Notes under the pieces: generated by a model
What the model saw: the letters and a program-made list of their open reading frames with translations, nothing else
Told to the model about the DNA's origin: nothing
Databases searched by the model: none
Shown here: positions 19,201 to 32,980 of the stretch, one piece after another
How the letters are laid out: each line of letters begins with the position of its first letter
Numbering within the stretch: the stretch's first letter is position 1
Source: an uncultured Acidobacteriota bacterium
Lineage (GTDB): Bacteria; Acidobacteriota; JAQAZP01
Reading direction: 5' to 3'
Assembly: GCA_963836075.1 (NCBI GenBank)
Contig: CAWIIB010000008.1
Coordinates: 128,001-192,000 of the forward strand
Length of the DNA: 64,000 bases
Position numbers and translations under genes: made by a program

Positions 19201-20505
19201 ATGAAAACCGAGTGGAAAGAGATCAGCCCGACCCGGAAAAGCCTCCGCGTGGAGATCCCGGCGGAAACAGTGGACGCCAAGGTCAAGGACACCCTGCAGA
19301 AACTGTCCTCCACGGTGACCCTGCCGGGGTTCCGCCCGGGCAAGGCTCCCATCAGCATGCTCAAGGCGCGGTTCAAGAAGGAGATCAAGGAAGAGGTTCT
19401 CGGCGACCTGGCCCCCGACATCATCAAGAAGGCCCTGGACGAGGAGAAACTCGATCCGGTGGACGATCCGAAGATGGAAGAGGTGGAGTTCAAGGACGGC
19501 GAACCGCTGGTCTTCACCGCCTCCATCGAGGTGGTGCCCCCCTTTGACCTGCCGGAATACAAGGGCCTGGCCCTGACCCGGGAAAAGGTGGAGACCGACG
19601 ACGAGGAGCTGGACACCATCCTGGAGAAGATGCGGGACGACGTGGCCCAGTGGGCGCCGGTTGAAGGCCGGTCCGCGGCGGAAAAGGACCTGATCCACCT
19701 CGACCTGGGCATCGCCTTCCAGGACGGTGACCAGGAGCCGGTGCAGCACAACGACCTGCCCTTTGTCCTCGGGGACTCCAACCTGCCGCCGGAGGTGGTG
19801 GAGACGATCACCGGGATGAAGCAGGGCGAGACGAAGAGCACCAAGGCCTTCACCTACCCCGAAGACTGGTACGATGCCAAGCTGGCCGGCAAAAAAGTGG
19901 TGGCCACGGTGGTGGTGAAGGAGATCAAGGTCAAGGATCTCCCCGACCTCGACGACGAATTCGGCAAGATGCTGGCCGGAAAGTACGGTAAAAAGGATAT
20001 TACCGACCTGGCCGGGTTCCGCGAGGCGCTTCGTGCCGACGTGCTCGAGGAAAAGGAATCGCGCCGCGAGCGGGCCCTGAAGGAAAAGGCGCTGGCCAAG
20101 GCGGCGGAGAAAGTGGAAGTGGAGATCCCGCAGTCGCTGATCGAGCGTGAGCTGCAGGTCCGCATGGAAGAGATCGCCATGGGGCTGAGCCAGCAGGGCA
20201 TTGATGTCCGCAGCGCCAACCTGGACTGGAACAAGATGCGCGAAGAGCACCGCGACGGGGCGGTGGACGCGGTGCGGCAGCAGCTGGTGGCCAACCGCAT
20301 CGGCACCGAGGAGAAGCTCACCGTCGACGAGAAGGAGCTGGACAAACGTCTGACCCAGATCGCGCTGCAGACCGGCGAGACCCTGGAGCAGATCAAGGAA
20401 CGGCTGGCCGAGGACGGCCGGTTGGGCCGTCTGCGCGACCAGGCCCAGCGGGACGCGGTTGTTGACTTCATTATCGCCAATGCTAATATTACAGAGGAGG
20501 CCTGA
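19201..20505 (+). CDS. tig: Trigger factor
   Basis: Ribosome-binding signature LPGFRPGKAP; upstream of clpP. Confidence 0.95.
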   Translation: MKTEWKEISPTRKSLRVEIPAETVDAKVKDTLQKLSSTVTLPGFRPGKAPISMLKARFKKEIKEEVLGDLAPDIIKKALDEEKLDPVDDPKMEEVEFKDGEPLVFTASIEVVPPFDLPEYKGLALTREKVETDDEELDTILEKMRDDVAQWAPVEGRSAAEKDLIHLDLGIAFQDGDQEPVQHNDLPFVLGDSNLPPEVVETITGMKQGETKSTKAFTYPEDWYDAKLAGKKVVATVVVKEIKVKDLPDLDDEFGKMLAGKYGKKDITDLAGFREALRADVLEEKESRRERALKEKALAKAAEKVEVEIPQSLIERELQVRMEEIAMGLSQQGIDVRSANLDWNKMREEHRDGAVDAVRQQLVANRIGTEEKLTVDEKELDKRLTQIALQTGETLEQIKERLAEDGRLGRLRDQAQRDAVVDFIIANANITEEA

Positions 20506-20511
20506 GATACA

Positions 20512-21108
20512 ATGCAACTGGTTCCCATGGTGGTCGAGCAGACCAATCGGGGCGAGCGGGCCTACGACATATTTTCCAGGCTCCTGAAAGACAACATCAT
20601 CTTCATCGGGACGCCCATCGACGATAACCTGGCCAACGTTGTCATCGCTCAGTTGCTCTTCCTCGAAGCTGAAAATCCGGAAAAGGACATCTCGCTCTAT
20701 ATCAACAGCCCGGGCGGGTCGATTACCTCGGGGATGGCCATTTACGACACGATGCAGTTCATCCGCCCCGATGTCTCCACAATCTGCATCGGTCAGGCGG
20801 CAAGCATGGCGGCGTTGCTGCTGGCCGCCGGGGCGAAGGACAAGCGGTTTGCCCTGCCCAACTCGCGGGTGATCATCCACCAGCCCATGGGCGGGTTTTC
20901 GGGACAGGCGTCGGATATCGACATTCAGGCCCGTGAAATCCTGCGGATGAGGACGAGTCTCAACGATATATTGGTAAAGCATTGCGGCCAACCTCTCGAA
21001 AAGATTGAAAAGGACACTGATCGCGATTCGATCATGACCGCCGAGGAGAGTCTGGCATACGGCCTGGTGGATCACGTGATCGAGAGAAAGGAAGCGGGCA
21101 AAAAATAG
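20512..21108 (+). CDS. clpP: ATP-dependent Clp protease proteolytic subunit
   Basis: [30 protein letters not shown]. Confidence 0.98.
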   Translation: MQLVPMVVEQTNRGERAYDIFSRLLKDNIIFIGTPIDDNLANVVIAQLLFLEAENPEKDISLYINSPGGSITSGMAIYDTMQFIRPDVSTICIGQAASMAALLLAAGAKDKRFALPNSRVIIHQPMGGFSGQASDIDIQAREILRMRTSLNDILVKHCGQPLEKIEKDTDRDSIMTAEESLAYGLVDHVIERKEAGKK

Positions 21109-21158
21109 ACGCCGATTGGCGGCGGATGTTGCCCGGGAATTTCCCAAGGAGTTGAACC

Positions 21159-22391
21159 GTGGACAACGAGGGCGAAAACGAACTGCTCAGATGTTCGTTC
21201 TGCAACAAGAGCCAGCGTGACGTGAAGAAGCTGATCGCCGGGCCCACTGTCTACATCTGCGACGAGTGTGTCGACATCTGTCTCGACATCATCGCCGAGG
21301 ACAAGATCCTCGAAAGCAGCGAGCTCAGGGTCCCGCTGCCCAAGCCCACCGAGATCAAAAGCTTTCTCGACGACTACGTCATCTCCCAGGGGGATGCCAA
21401 GAAGCGGCTCTCCGTGGCGGTGTACAACCACTACAAGCGGCTGAAGATCATCCGGCGCAAGAACGACGTGGAGCTGGCCAAGAGCAACATCCTGCTCATC
21501 GGGGACACCGGCACCGGCAAGACCCTGCTGGCCCAGACCCTGGCCCGGTTCCTCAGCGTGCCCTTCGCCCTGGTGGACGCCACCACGCTCACCGAGGCGG
21601 GCTATGTGGGCGAGGATGTGGAAAACATCATCCTCAAGCTGCTGCAGAACGCGGGCAACGACATCGAAAAGGCCCAGCGCGGCATCATCTACATCGACGA
21701 AGTGGACAAGATCAGCCGCAAGAGCGAGAACCCCTCGATCACCCGCGACGTGTCGGGAGAAGGGGTTCAGCAGGCCCTGCTCAAGATCCTCGAGGGGACG
21801 GTGGCCAATGTCCCGCCCCAGGGCGGGAGGAAGCACCCCCACCAGGAATTCTTCCACGTCGACACCACGCACATCCTGTTCATCGTCGGCGGCGCCTTTG
21901 TCGGCCTGGACAAGATCATCGAGCAGCGGGTGGCCCAGAAATCCCTCGGCTTCACCGCCGACGTGGAAGTCGGCAAGGAGCGGGTGGACAACCTGATCAA
22001 GCAGGTGATGCCCGAAGATCTGATCAAGTTCGGCCTGATCCCGGAGTTCGTGGGCCGGCTGCCGGTGGTGGCCACCCTGCAGCACCTGGACGAACATGCG
22101 CTGCTGCGGATCCTCACCGAGCCGAAGAACGCCCTGACCAAGCAGTATTCCAAGATATTTGAATTCGACAACGTCACCCTCACCTTCACCCCCGAAGCCC
22201 TGGAGGCCATCGCCGCCGAGGCCGCGCAGCGCAAGCTGGGCGCCCGCGGGTTGCGGGTGATCATGGAGGAGCGGATGCTGGAGGCGATGTACAACCTGCC
22301 CTCCAAGGCCGGGGTGACCGAATGCGTGATCACCCGGGAAACCGTGGTGAACAAGGAAAGCCCGATAATCATTTACGAGAAGGCCGGCTAG
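21159..22391 (+). CDS. clpX: Clp protease ATP-binding subunit ClpX
   Basis: Zinc finger CSFC...CDEC, Walker [33 protein letters not shown]. Confidence 0.98.
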   Translation: MDNEGENELLRCSFCNKSQRDVKKLIAGPTVYICDECVDICLDIIAEDKILESSELRVPLPKPTEIKSFLDDYVISQGDAKKRLSVAVYNHYKRLKIIRRKNDVELAKSNILLIGDTGTGKTLLAQTLARFLSVPFALVDATTLTEAGYVGEDVENIILKLLQNAGNDIEKAQRGIIYIDEVDKISRKSENPSITRDVSGEGVQQALLKILEGTVANVPPQGGRKHPHQEFFHVDTTHILFIVGGAFVGLDKIIEQRVAQKSLGFTADVEVGKERVDNLIKQVMPEDLIKFGLIPEFVGRLPVVATLQHLDEHALLRILTEPKNALTKQYSKIFEFDNVTLTFTPEALEAIAAEAAQRKLGARGLRVIMEERMLEAMYNLPSKAGVTECVITRETVVNKESPIIIYEKAG

Positions 22392-22575
22392 AACCGGCCC
22401 GGGAACCCTATTGCCCTCAGGATACCAACTGCACTGCGCGGGACCCGCCGAAACAAAAGCGAGCCAGGGCGGCGGTGCCCCAACTGAACCCCTGACCGGA
22501 GCAATCGTATACCGTTTCTAACGAACAGGCCGGGCGCCGACTCCTCCATCGGACTGCGGCGCCTGGAGGTGCCAC

Positions 22576-25014
<2,439 letters not shown>

Positions 25015-25091
25015 CCTGTCTGCTGCAGGGCAGCGGCGCCGCAGGGGCGGCGGGGGCGGAGTCCGGCCGGCGCACCACCTGAATCAGGGAA

Positions 25092-25715
25092 ATGAAGATC
25101 ACATCGGCCACACTGATCCGCAGCTATGCATCACCCGGAGAGGGCTTCATCAGGGATGGCCTGCCGGAGGCGGCGTTCATGGGGCGCAGCAACGTGGGCA
25201 AGTCGAGTCTGATCAACGGGCTGCTGCGCCGCAAGAAACTGGCCCGCACCAGCCAGACGCCGGGCAAGACCAGGCTGGCCCACTTTTACCTGGTGAACGA
25301 CAGCTGTTACTTCGTCGACCTGCCCGGCTACGGCTATGCCAAGGTCTCGAAGACGGAGCAGGAGAAGTGGAAGATCCTGGTGGAGGGGTACCTCAGCCGG
25401 CAAAAACGGCCGGTGATCTCACTGCTGCTCCTCGACTGCCGGCACCAGCCCACCGCGGCGGACCGGCAGCTCCGGGACTGGCTGGAGCACAACCGGCTGG
25501 GCTTTCTGGTGGTGCTGACCAAGTCGGACAAACTCTCCCGCTCGCGGGTGCAGCGCGCCGCGGCGGAGATCAGAAAGGTCTTTCTGGAGGGCCTCGAGGT
25601 TCCGGTGATCCCGTTTTCATCGAAGAACGGCACCGGGCGTGACGAACTGTGGAAAGAGCTGGACGCCCGTTTTCGCGAGGCGTCGGACCGGACCGACGGG
25701 GAGGTGCCCGACTGA
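25092..25715 (+). CDS. yihA: Ribosome biogenesis GTPase YihA/YsxC
   Basis: GRSNVGKSSLIN, PGKT, DLPGYGYA, TKSDK. Confidence 0.96.
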   Translation: MKITSATLIRSYASPGEGFIRDGLPEAAFMGRSNVGKSSLINGLLRRKKLARTSQTPGKTRLAHFYLVNDSCYFVDLPGYGYAKVSKTEQEKWKILVEGYLSRQKRPVISLLLLDCRHQPTAADRQLRDWLEHNRLGFLVVLTKSDKLSRSRVQRAAAEIRKVFLEGLEVPVIPFSSKNGTGRDELWKELDARFREASDRTDGEVPD

Positions 25716-25807
25716 CGAGATAAACCGTATGCACGGATTTCAAGATATTTTCAACCACCCGGCCGGGGCCGCTCGGCTCCCGGCGACCACAGACAGATGA
25801 GGATGAT

Positions 25808-27065
<1,258 letters not shown>

Positions 27066-27079
27066 GCCTGATTTTTGCG

Positions 27080-27108
27080 TTGAACCGGCCGTGGACGAAG
27101 AGTATAAT
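27080..27108 (+). promoter_or_regulatory. sigma70 promoter of rpmE-prfA-prmC
   Basis: TTGAAC-N17-TATAAT. Confidence 0.75.
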
Positions 27109-27168
27109 CGGCGCTTCATCACCGGGGACGATCCTGTCCCACGTGAATGCGCGATGTGAGGATTGGTT

Positions 27169-27391
27169 ATGAGAGAAGGAATTCACCCCGAGTACAAGGA
27201 AATTGTGGTGACCTGCGCCTGCGGCGAGGAATTCACCACCAAATCCACCAAGGACAATCTCCGGTTGGAGATCTGCTCCAAGTGCCACCCCTTCTTCACC
27301 GGCAAGCAGAAGCTGGTGGACTCCGCCGGTATGGTGGAGAAATTCGAGCGCCGTTACGGCAAGAAGGGCGAGAAAACCCGCCGAGAAGTAA
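27169..27391 (+). CDS. rpmE: 50S ribosomal protein L31 (zinc-binding type), with one extra A near 27373-27376
   Basis: MREGIHPEY...CACG...[22 protein letters not shown]. Removing one A from AAAA gives KPAEK-TAA at 27389-27391. Confidence 0.93.
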
Positions 27392-27466
27392 ACCCTCCCG
27401 GCCGGTGTTCCCCCTTTCCCCGCACTGGCGGAACTCTCCCCGCGGCTTTCCGGCAGGGCATGGACC

Positions 27467-28553
27467 ATGCTGCAAACGCTCCAGGAGCTGGAAAAGACCT
27501 ACGAGGCGCTCACCGCCAGTCTGGGCGATCCGGAGCTGCTGGCCAACCGGGATGAATACCGGAAAGCCACGCGGAAGCGGTCGGAGCTGGAGCCGGTGGT
27601 GGAGTGCTACCGCGAGTATCTCCGTGTCCAGCGCGAGCTGGCCGACACCGAGCAGATGCTCGAGGAAATGGGCCGTGACGTGGGCGAGGCCGAGATGCGC
27701 GAACTGGCCAGCCAGGAGCTGGACACCCTGCGCGCACAGCTGGAGCAGTTCACCGCCGACCTGAAGCTGATGCTCCTGCCCAGGGACCCCAACGACGAGA
27801 AGAACGTCCTGCTGGAGATCCGTGCCGGCACCGGCGGGGAAGAGGCGGCGCTCTTTGCCGCCGAGATCTACCGCATGTACTCCCGCTACGCCGAACGGCG
27901 CGGCTGGAAGCGCGAGGTGATGTACACCAACGAAACCGGTATCGGCGGACTCAAGGAGGTCGGCGGTGCTGGTGGAGGGCGACCAGGTCTTCAGCCGCCT
28001 GAAGTACGAGAGCGGGGTGCATCGGGTCCAGCGGGTGCCCCAGACCGAGGCCAGCGGCCGGATCCACACCTCGGCGGTCACCGTGGCGGTGATGCCCGAG
28101 GCCGAGGATGTGGACGTGGAGATCGACGAGGACGAGCTGCGCATCGACCGCTTCTGTTCCTCGGGCCCCGGCGGCCAGTCGGTGAACACCACCCAGTCGG
28201 CGATCCGCATCACCCACCTGCCCACCGGGCTGGTGGTCTCCTGCCAGGACGAGAAGTCCCAGCACAAGAACAAGGCCAAGGCGCTGCGGGTGCTCCGCTC
28301 GCGGCTGCAGGACCTCGCCATGCAGGAGCATGAGCAGGTCCAGTCCGCCGCCCGCCGCAGCCAGGTGGGCAGCGGGGACCGCAGCGAGAAGATCCGCACC
28401 TACAACTTTCCCCAGAACCGGGTCTCGGACCACCGCCTGAATCTCACCGTCCACCGCCTGGAGCAGGTGCTGGACGGCGACCTGGACGAGTTCATCGACG
28501 CGCTGATCAACCACGACCAGGCCGCGCAGTTGAAGGACGGCGCCACTACCTGA
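27467..28553 (+). CDS. prfA: Peptide chain release factor 1, with one extra G near 27962
   Basis: [33 protein letters not shown] (PxT motif of RF1), [20 protein letters not shown]. Confidence 0.95.
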
Positions 28554-28559
28554 GAACCC

Positions 28560-29414
28560 GTGATGATCGACTCCACGCCGGTCACCATCCGCCAGGCCCT
28601 GGGACGGGCAGCCGCAGAGTTGTCTGTCATGGATGCCGAACTGCTGCTGGCCCACGCCCTGGGCTGCGAGAGGGAGCTCTTCTTCCGTGAACCGGAGCGG
28701 CCGCTGAAACCCGGAGAACGGGAGCGGTTCGGAGTCCTGATGGCCCGGCGGGCCGCCGGCGAACCGCTGCAGCACATCACCGGGGTGCAGGAGTTCTGGT
28801 CAATCGAGTTCAAGATTGACGGCCGGGCGCTGATTCCCCGGCCCGAAACCGAGCACCTGGTGGAGGCGGCGCTGGAGCGGATACCCCTCGATGCCGCTAC
28901 CCCGGTCCTCGACCTCTGCACCGGCAGCGGTATCGTGGCCGCGGTGCTGGCCCGGGAGCGCCCCCGGGCCGAGATCACCGCCACCGACATCAGCCCCGAC
29001 GCCCTGGCCCTGGCCGGGGAGAACCTGCTGGCTCTGGGACTGCAGGAACGGGTAAAGCTGCTCCGCGGCGATCTCTTCGCACCCCTGGGCCCGCCGGAAC
29101 CCCGCTTTGACGTGATCACCGCCAATCCCCCCTACATCAGCGAGGCCGAACTGTCGCAGTTGGACCGCGAGGTGCGGGACCACGAACCGCTGGCGGCACT
29201 GGACGGCGGACCGGACGGCACGGACCTGATCCGGCGGATCATGAAAGAGGCCGTTGCCTGGCTCAGGCCCGGCGGCTGGCTGCTGATGGAGGTGGGCGCC
29301 GGGCAGTGGGGCACCGTGGAGAAGATCGCCCTCCAGACCGGCGGCTGGGGTGAGCCGGCCTGGATCAGCGACCTGGCCGGCTATCGCCGGGTGCTCTGCC
29401 TGCCCCTGGTCTGA
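28560..29414 (+). CDS. prmC: Release factor glutamine methyltransferase
   Basis: GEPLQHI, LIPRPETE, DLCTGSG, NPPY, EP..ALDGG.DG. Confidence 0.96.
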   Translation: MMIDSTPVTIRQALGRAAAELSVMDAELLLAHALGCERELFFREPERPLKPGERERFGVLMARRAAGEPLQHITGVQEFWSIEFKIDGRALIPRPETEHLVEAALERIPLDAATPVLDLCTGSGIVAAVLARERPRAEITATDISPDALALAGENLLALGLQERVKLLRGDLFAPLGPPEPRFDVITANPPYISEAELSQLDREVRDHEPLAALDGGPDGTDLIRRIMKEAVAWLRPGGWLLMEVGAGQWGTVEKIALQTGGWGEPAWISDLAGYRRVLCLPLV

Positions 29415-29528
29415 TCCACCGACCGCTACCGTCACCCGTGCCGGTCGTTATCTCTTCCCGTAGACGTAGATCTCACTGAAGTCAGTGTCCGTGTCTCCGG
29501 AGGGAGCGAAGGGCGGGCCATGGACAAA

Positions 29529-29571
29529 TCACTTGCAATAAAAAGTGGAAAGTGCTATTAATTGCAAGTGA
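29529..29571 (+). promoter_or_regulatory. abiE promoter overlapped by an 11-bp perfect inverted repeat (putative autoregulatory operator)
   Basis: TCACTTGCAAT-N21-ATTGCAAGTGA, containing TTGCAA-N17-TATTAA with an extended -10 TG. Confidence 0.7.
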
Positions 29572-29572
29572 A

Positions 29573-30388
29573 ATGAGCAAGATGAAAACATCCGGAATAC
29601 TGCGATCGGGTGCTGCGGCCGAATTTGTTGAGAACCGGCTGGCGGAGGGAACTGTCTCGTTCATCCTTCGTGAACTGGTTGATTATTCAGGGCTTTCGGT
29701 TATCGCGGCCAACAACCAGCTGCTACGACTGAAACACCGGGTGGTCCGTGTATCGAGACCGCAGCCGTTCTTTCTTATCGTTCCTCCGCAGCATCGACCC
29801 ATGGGCGCTCCGCCCGTTGAATGGTGGCTGGACGACTACTTTCGCTGGCTGGGCCACCCGTACTACCTGGCGCTGCTCTCAGCTGCTGAAGTGTATGGTG
29901 CCGCTCCTCAGGCAGTGCTGGTTCACCAGGTCATGACGGATGTTCCCCGGCGGGAGGTGACCGTGGGGCGCTTGCGGGTCCGGTTTTTTATGAAGCGCGG
30001 GATATCGAAAACATTGGTCCGGCAGCCGGCGAAAGCGTATGCGCCGCTGAAGGTCAGCACTCCGGAAGCCACCGCCCTCGATCTGGTCCGCTACGCCGGG
30101 AGGATCGGCGGTTTCGGCCGGGCGATGGAAACGATTGTTCCTTTATTGCCAAAGCTCCGCGGTCGAGAACTGAAACGAGCCCTCGATGCTGAGTGCGATA
30201 CGGCGTCGGCACAGCGACTTGGCTACCTGGTCGAAAAAGCTGGTGCACATCATTTGGCCGGGGTGATCCATCGCTGGCTGCCCCCTCGCGTGAACTGGGT
30301 CTCCCTGGGCTCGGCGGAGGGAGGCGCATCTAGGGAGCACCGGGAGGAGCGCTGGAAGATTATCCTGCCGGCGGGGGGATTGCCATGA
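29573..30388 (+). CDS. AbiEi-family (type IV toxin-antitoxin) antitoxin/transcription regulator
   Basis: F.IVPP..., YYLALLSAA.VYGA..QA....QVMT, VSTPEATALDLVRY and QRLGYL; overlaps the downstream nucleotidyltransferase gene. Confidence 0.8.
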   Translation: MSKMKTSGILRSGAAAEFVENRLAEGTVSFILRELVDYSGLSVIAANNQLLRLKHRVVRVSRPQPFFLIVPPQHRPMGAPPVEWWLDDYFRWLGHPYYLALLSAAEVYGAAPQAVLVHQVMTDVPRREVTVGRLRVRFFMKRGISKTLVRQPAKAYAPLKVSTPEATALDLVRYAGRIGGFGRAMETIVPLLPKLRGRELKRALDAECDTASAQRLGYLVEKAGAHHLAGVIHRWLPPRVNWVSLGSAEGGASREHREERWKIILPAGGLP

Positions 30389-31233
30389 TGGAACTGCTGA
30401 CGCAACGGGATGTATTGTCTCATCAGAGTGAGGTCCCCTGGCCCAGCCTGCGCCAGGTTGAGCAGGACCTGGTCTTGTGCCGGGCCGTTTCAGCGATCTT
30501 CGGTGACGCCTTCCTGCATACTCAAGTAGCCATGCGTGGCGGAACTCTGCTGCACAAGGTCCATCTTGCTCCGGCCGCCCGCTTCAGCGAGGACATCGAC
30601 CTGGTGGCGTGCGGAAACCGTCCCGAGGACCACATCCGCAAGGCGCTGCGCCGGGTACTGATGGACGTTCTTGGCGCGCCACGAGCATCGGTGTGGGAGG
30701 CCGCCACCCTGGCGGTGAGAAACGCGGTTCGTCCTTCTCGCGTGTTGAGAATGACTTACAACGTTTCATCCGTCAGCACTCCGGGAGCCATGCTGGAAGT
30801 CAAGGTCGAAGCAAACGTAACCGAGCGGTCCTCCCACCGGCCAATCGTGGAGATACCATTTGCGTATTTGTTTCGTGGGGAAGCGATTCATACCCGCATC
30901 AGCGGCTATGACATTCACGAGATGCTGGGCACCAAGATGCGGGCCCTGTTCCAGCGCCGTCGGGGCCGCGATCTGTTCGATCTCTACTGGGCGTTCACGC
31001 ACCACCAGCCGCCGGTGGATCCGGCCAAAGTCTTAGCATCCTTCCTGCACTACCTGGAGGCGGAAAGGACCAGGGCCCGCCGCAGGGAGTTCATCGACAT
31101 TCTCGAATCCCATCTCGCCGATCCGGGATTTCGCTCGGACACGGACCACCTCCTGCGCCAGGGCATAGACTACGATTCGCGCCAGGCCGGAAACGTCATC
31201 CGTACCAGCCTGCTCGCTCTGTTGCCGGAATGA
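30385..31233 (+). CDS. AbiEii/AbiGii-family nucleotidyltransferase toxin
   Basis: QVEQDL, RGGT.LHK....RFSEDIDL, K.E.N..E, TKMRALFQR..GRDLFDL. Confidence 0.9.
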   Translation: MMELLTQRDVLSHQSEVPWPSLRQVEQDLVLCRAVSAIFGDAFLHTQVAMRGGTLLHKVHLAPAARFSEDIDLVACGNRPEDHIRKALRRVLMDVLGAPRASVWEAATLAVRNAVRPSRVLRMTYNVSSVSTPGAMLEVKVEANVTERSSHRPIVEIPFAYLFRGEAIHTRISGYDIHEMLGTKMRALFQRRRGRDLFDLYWAFTHHQPPVDPAKVLASFLHYLEAERTRARRREFIDILESHLADPGFRSDTDHLLRQGIDYDSRQAGNVIRTSLLALLPE

Positions 31234-31342
31234 GCGCGTGACCTGGACGGTGTGCCCGGTCAAGGCGGTGGGAATTCCATTTGCGATGCGGAGTGTTATA
31301 TGCTGTCGGTCGCAAACGAAATCAGCAGCAGAGGGAATGAAC

Positions 31343-32881
31343 ATGGCCACATCCAATAACATGCCGGCAAGCGTGCTCGACGATCCCCGCCTCGTCTATC
31401 TGCGCAACGGGATGATGGGCCGGGACAGCGAGATCGAGACGCCCTTCGGGCCCCGGCGCCGTCTCTACTTCGACTACATCGCCTCGGGCCTGCCCTTCGA
31501 ACCCATCGAAAAGGTGATCAGCGAACGGATTTTGCCGCAGATGGCCAACACCCACACCGAGAGCAACAGCTCGGGGCGCCAGATCACCTTTCACGTGGAG
31601 AACGCCTACCGCAGCATCTCCCGGGCCGTGGGCGCCACCGACGACGACGTGCTGATCTTTGTGGGCGCCGGTGCCACGGCGGCCATCAACCGGCTGATCC
31701 TGGCGCTCGGTCTTCGGGTTCCCGAGCAGGCCGCGAAACTCTGCGATTTCAAGGGCCGGGTGCCCCCGGAAAAACGTCCGGTCATTTTCCGCTCGATGAT
31801 GGAACATCACTCCAATGACATCTCCTGGCGGGAGACCATCGGGGAGACCCGTTTCGTCGGCTTTGACAAGAGCGGCCAGATCGACTGGCGCGACCTGGAG
31901 CGTCAACTGAATGAACCGGACGTTCGCGACCGCCCGCTGAAGATCGGAACCTTCTCCGCCGGCTCCAACGTCACCGGCATTCTCACCGAGGTGGATACGC
32001 TGGCCGAGACCATGCACGCCGGGGGCGGATATGCGTTGTTCGACTACGCCGCTGCGGCGCCCTACGTGAACATCGACATGCACCCCGGTGGCAACGAGGC
32101 CCGGCGCAAGGATGCACTGTTCATCTCCACCCACAAGTTCGCCGGCGGCCCGCAGACACCGGGCATCCTGGTGGCCAACAAGGGGCTGTTCACCAGCTCG
32201 GTGCCGGTGGAGCCCGGGGGCGGCACGGTGCTCTACACCTCGCAGTGGGACCACCGCTACCTCAGTGACATCCAGATTCGCGAGGGCGGAGGCACGCCGC
32301 CGATCATTCAGATCATTCGCGCCGGGCTGGTCTTTCAACTGAAAGACCGCATCGGTGAGGATCTGCTGATGGCCGCGGAGCACGAACTGGTGGCCATCGC
32401 CAAAGAACGCATCCTGGCCAACCCGGCGCTGACCCTGCTGGGCAATCCCGAACTGGAGCGGCTGGGGGTCTTCTCCATCATCTTTCACGGGGGCCGGCTG
32501 CATTACAATCTGGCGGTGCGGCTGCTCAACGACCGCTTCGGGATCCAGGTGCGGGCCGGGTGCATGTGCGCCGGCACGTACGGTCACGAACTGCTGGGCA
32601 TCGAGCAGGAGATGTCCGAGACCATCCGTTGCGCCCTGGACGGCGGGGAGCTAAGGGCCAAACCGGGCTGGGTGCGGATTTCCCTCTCGCCGGCCACCAG
32701 CCGCGAGGACCTGGACACCCTGCTGGACGCGGTGGATCAGATCGCCGGGGACTGGGAGCAGCACGCGGACAACTATTCCCAGGACGAGGCGGGTGAATAT
32801 CATTGGGCGGGCGACGACTTCAGCGAGGTTTTCGAGCCGCTTTCCCTGCCTGCCGGCAGTGGATTTCCCGCCGGGGATTGA
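31343..32881 (+). CDS. Class V PLP-dependent aminotransferase / cysteine desulfurase-like protein
   Basis: YFDYIASG, ANTHTE, MEHHSN, DYAAAAPY, STHKF.GGP (PLP lysine), RAGCMCAG.YGH, KPGWVR. Confidence 0.9.
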   Translation: MATSNNMPASVLDDPRLVYLRNGMMGRDSEIETPFGPRRRLYFDYIASGLPFEPIEKVISERILPQMANTHTESNSSGRQITFHVENAYRSISRAVGATDDDVLIFVGAGATAAINRLILALGLRVPEQAAKLCDFKGRVPPEKRPVIFRSMMEHHSNDISWRETIGETRFVGFDKSGQIDWRDLERQLNEPDVRDRPLKIGTFSAGSNVTGILTEVDTLAETMHAGGGYALFDYAAAAPYVNIDMHPGGNEARRKDALFISTHKFAGGPQTPGILVANKGLFTSSVPVEPGGGTVLYTSQWDHRYLSDIQIREGGGTPPIIQIIRAGLVFQLKDRIGEDLLMAAEHELVAIAKERILANPALTLLGNPELERLGVFSIIFHGGRLHYNLAVRLLNDRFGIQVRAGCMCAGTYGHELLGIEQEMSETIRCALDGGELRAKPGWVRISLSPATSREDLDTLLDAVDQIAGDWEQHADNYSQDEAGEYHWAGDDFSEVFEPLSLPAGSGFPAGD

Positions 32882-32908
32882 GAGCCGGAGTCCTGACCGC
32901 CTGTTGCT

Positions 32909-32937
32909 TGGACAATCGGCCGGCCGCCGTTTATAAT
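32909..32937 (+). promoter_or_regulatory. sigma70 promoter of murA
   Basis: TGGACA-N17-TATAAT. Confidence 0.7.
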
Positions 32938-32980
32938 CCGCATCTCATTTCTTCATAAAACGATCCGGAAAGGGCGATCC

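Noticed and set aside
27392-27555. C-terminally extended 130-aa L31
   Set aside because: The extension overlaps prfA and disappears if one A is removed from the AAAA run, which gives a normal-length L31.
27950-27975. Programmed frameshift in a release factor gene
   Set aside because: The protein has the RF1 PxT motif (PQT), not the RF2 SPF motif. There is no CTT-TGA slippery site or internal SD, the shift is mid-gene, and neighbouring genes show similar indels.
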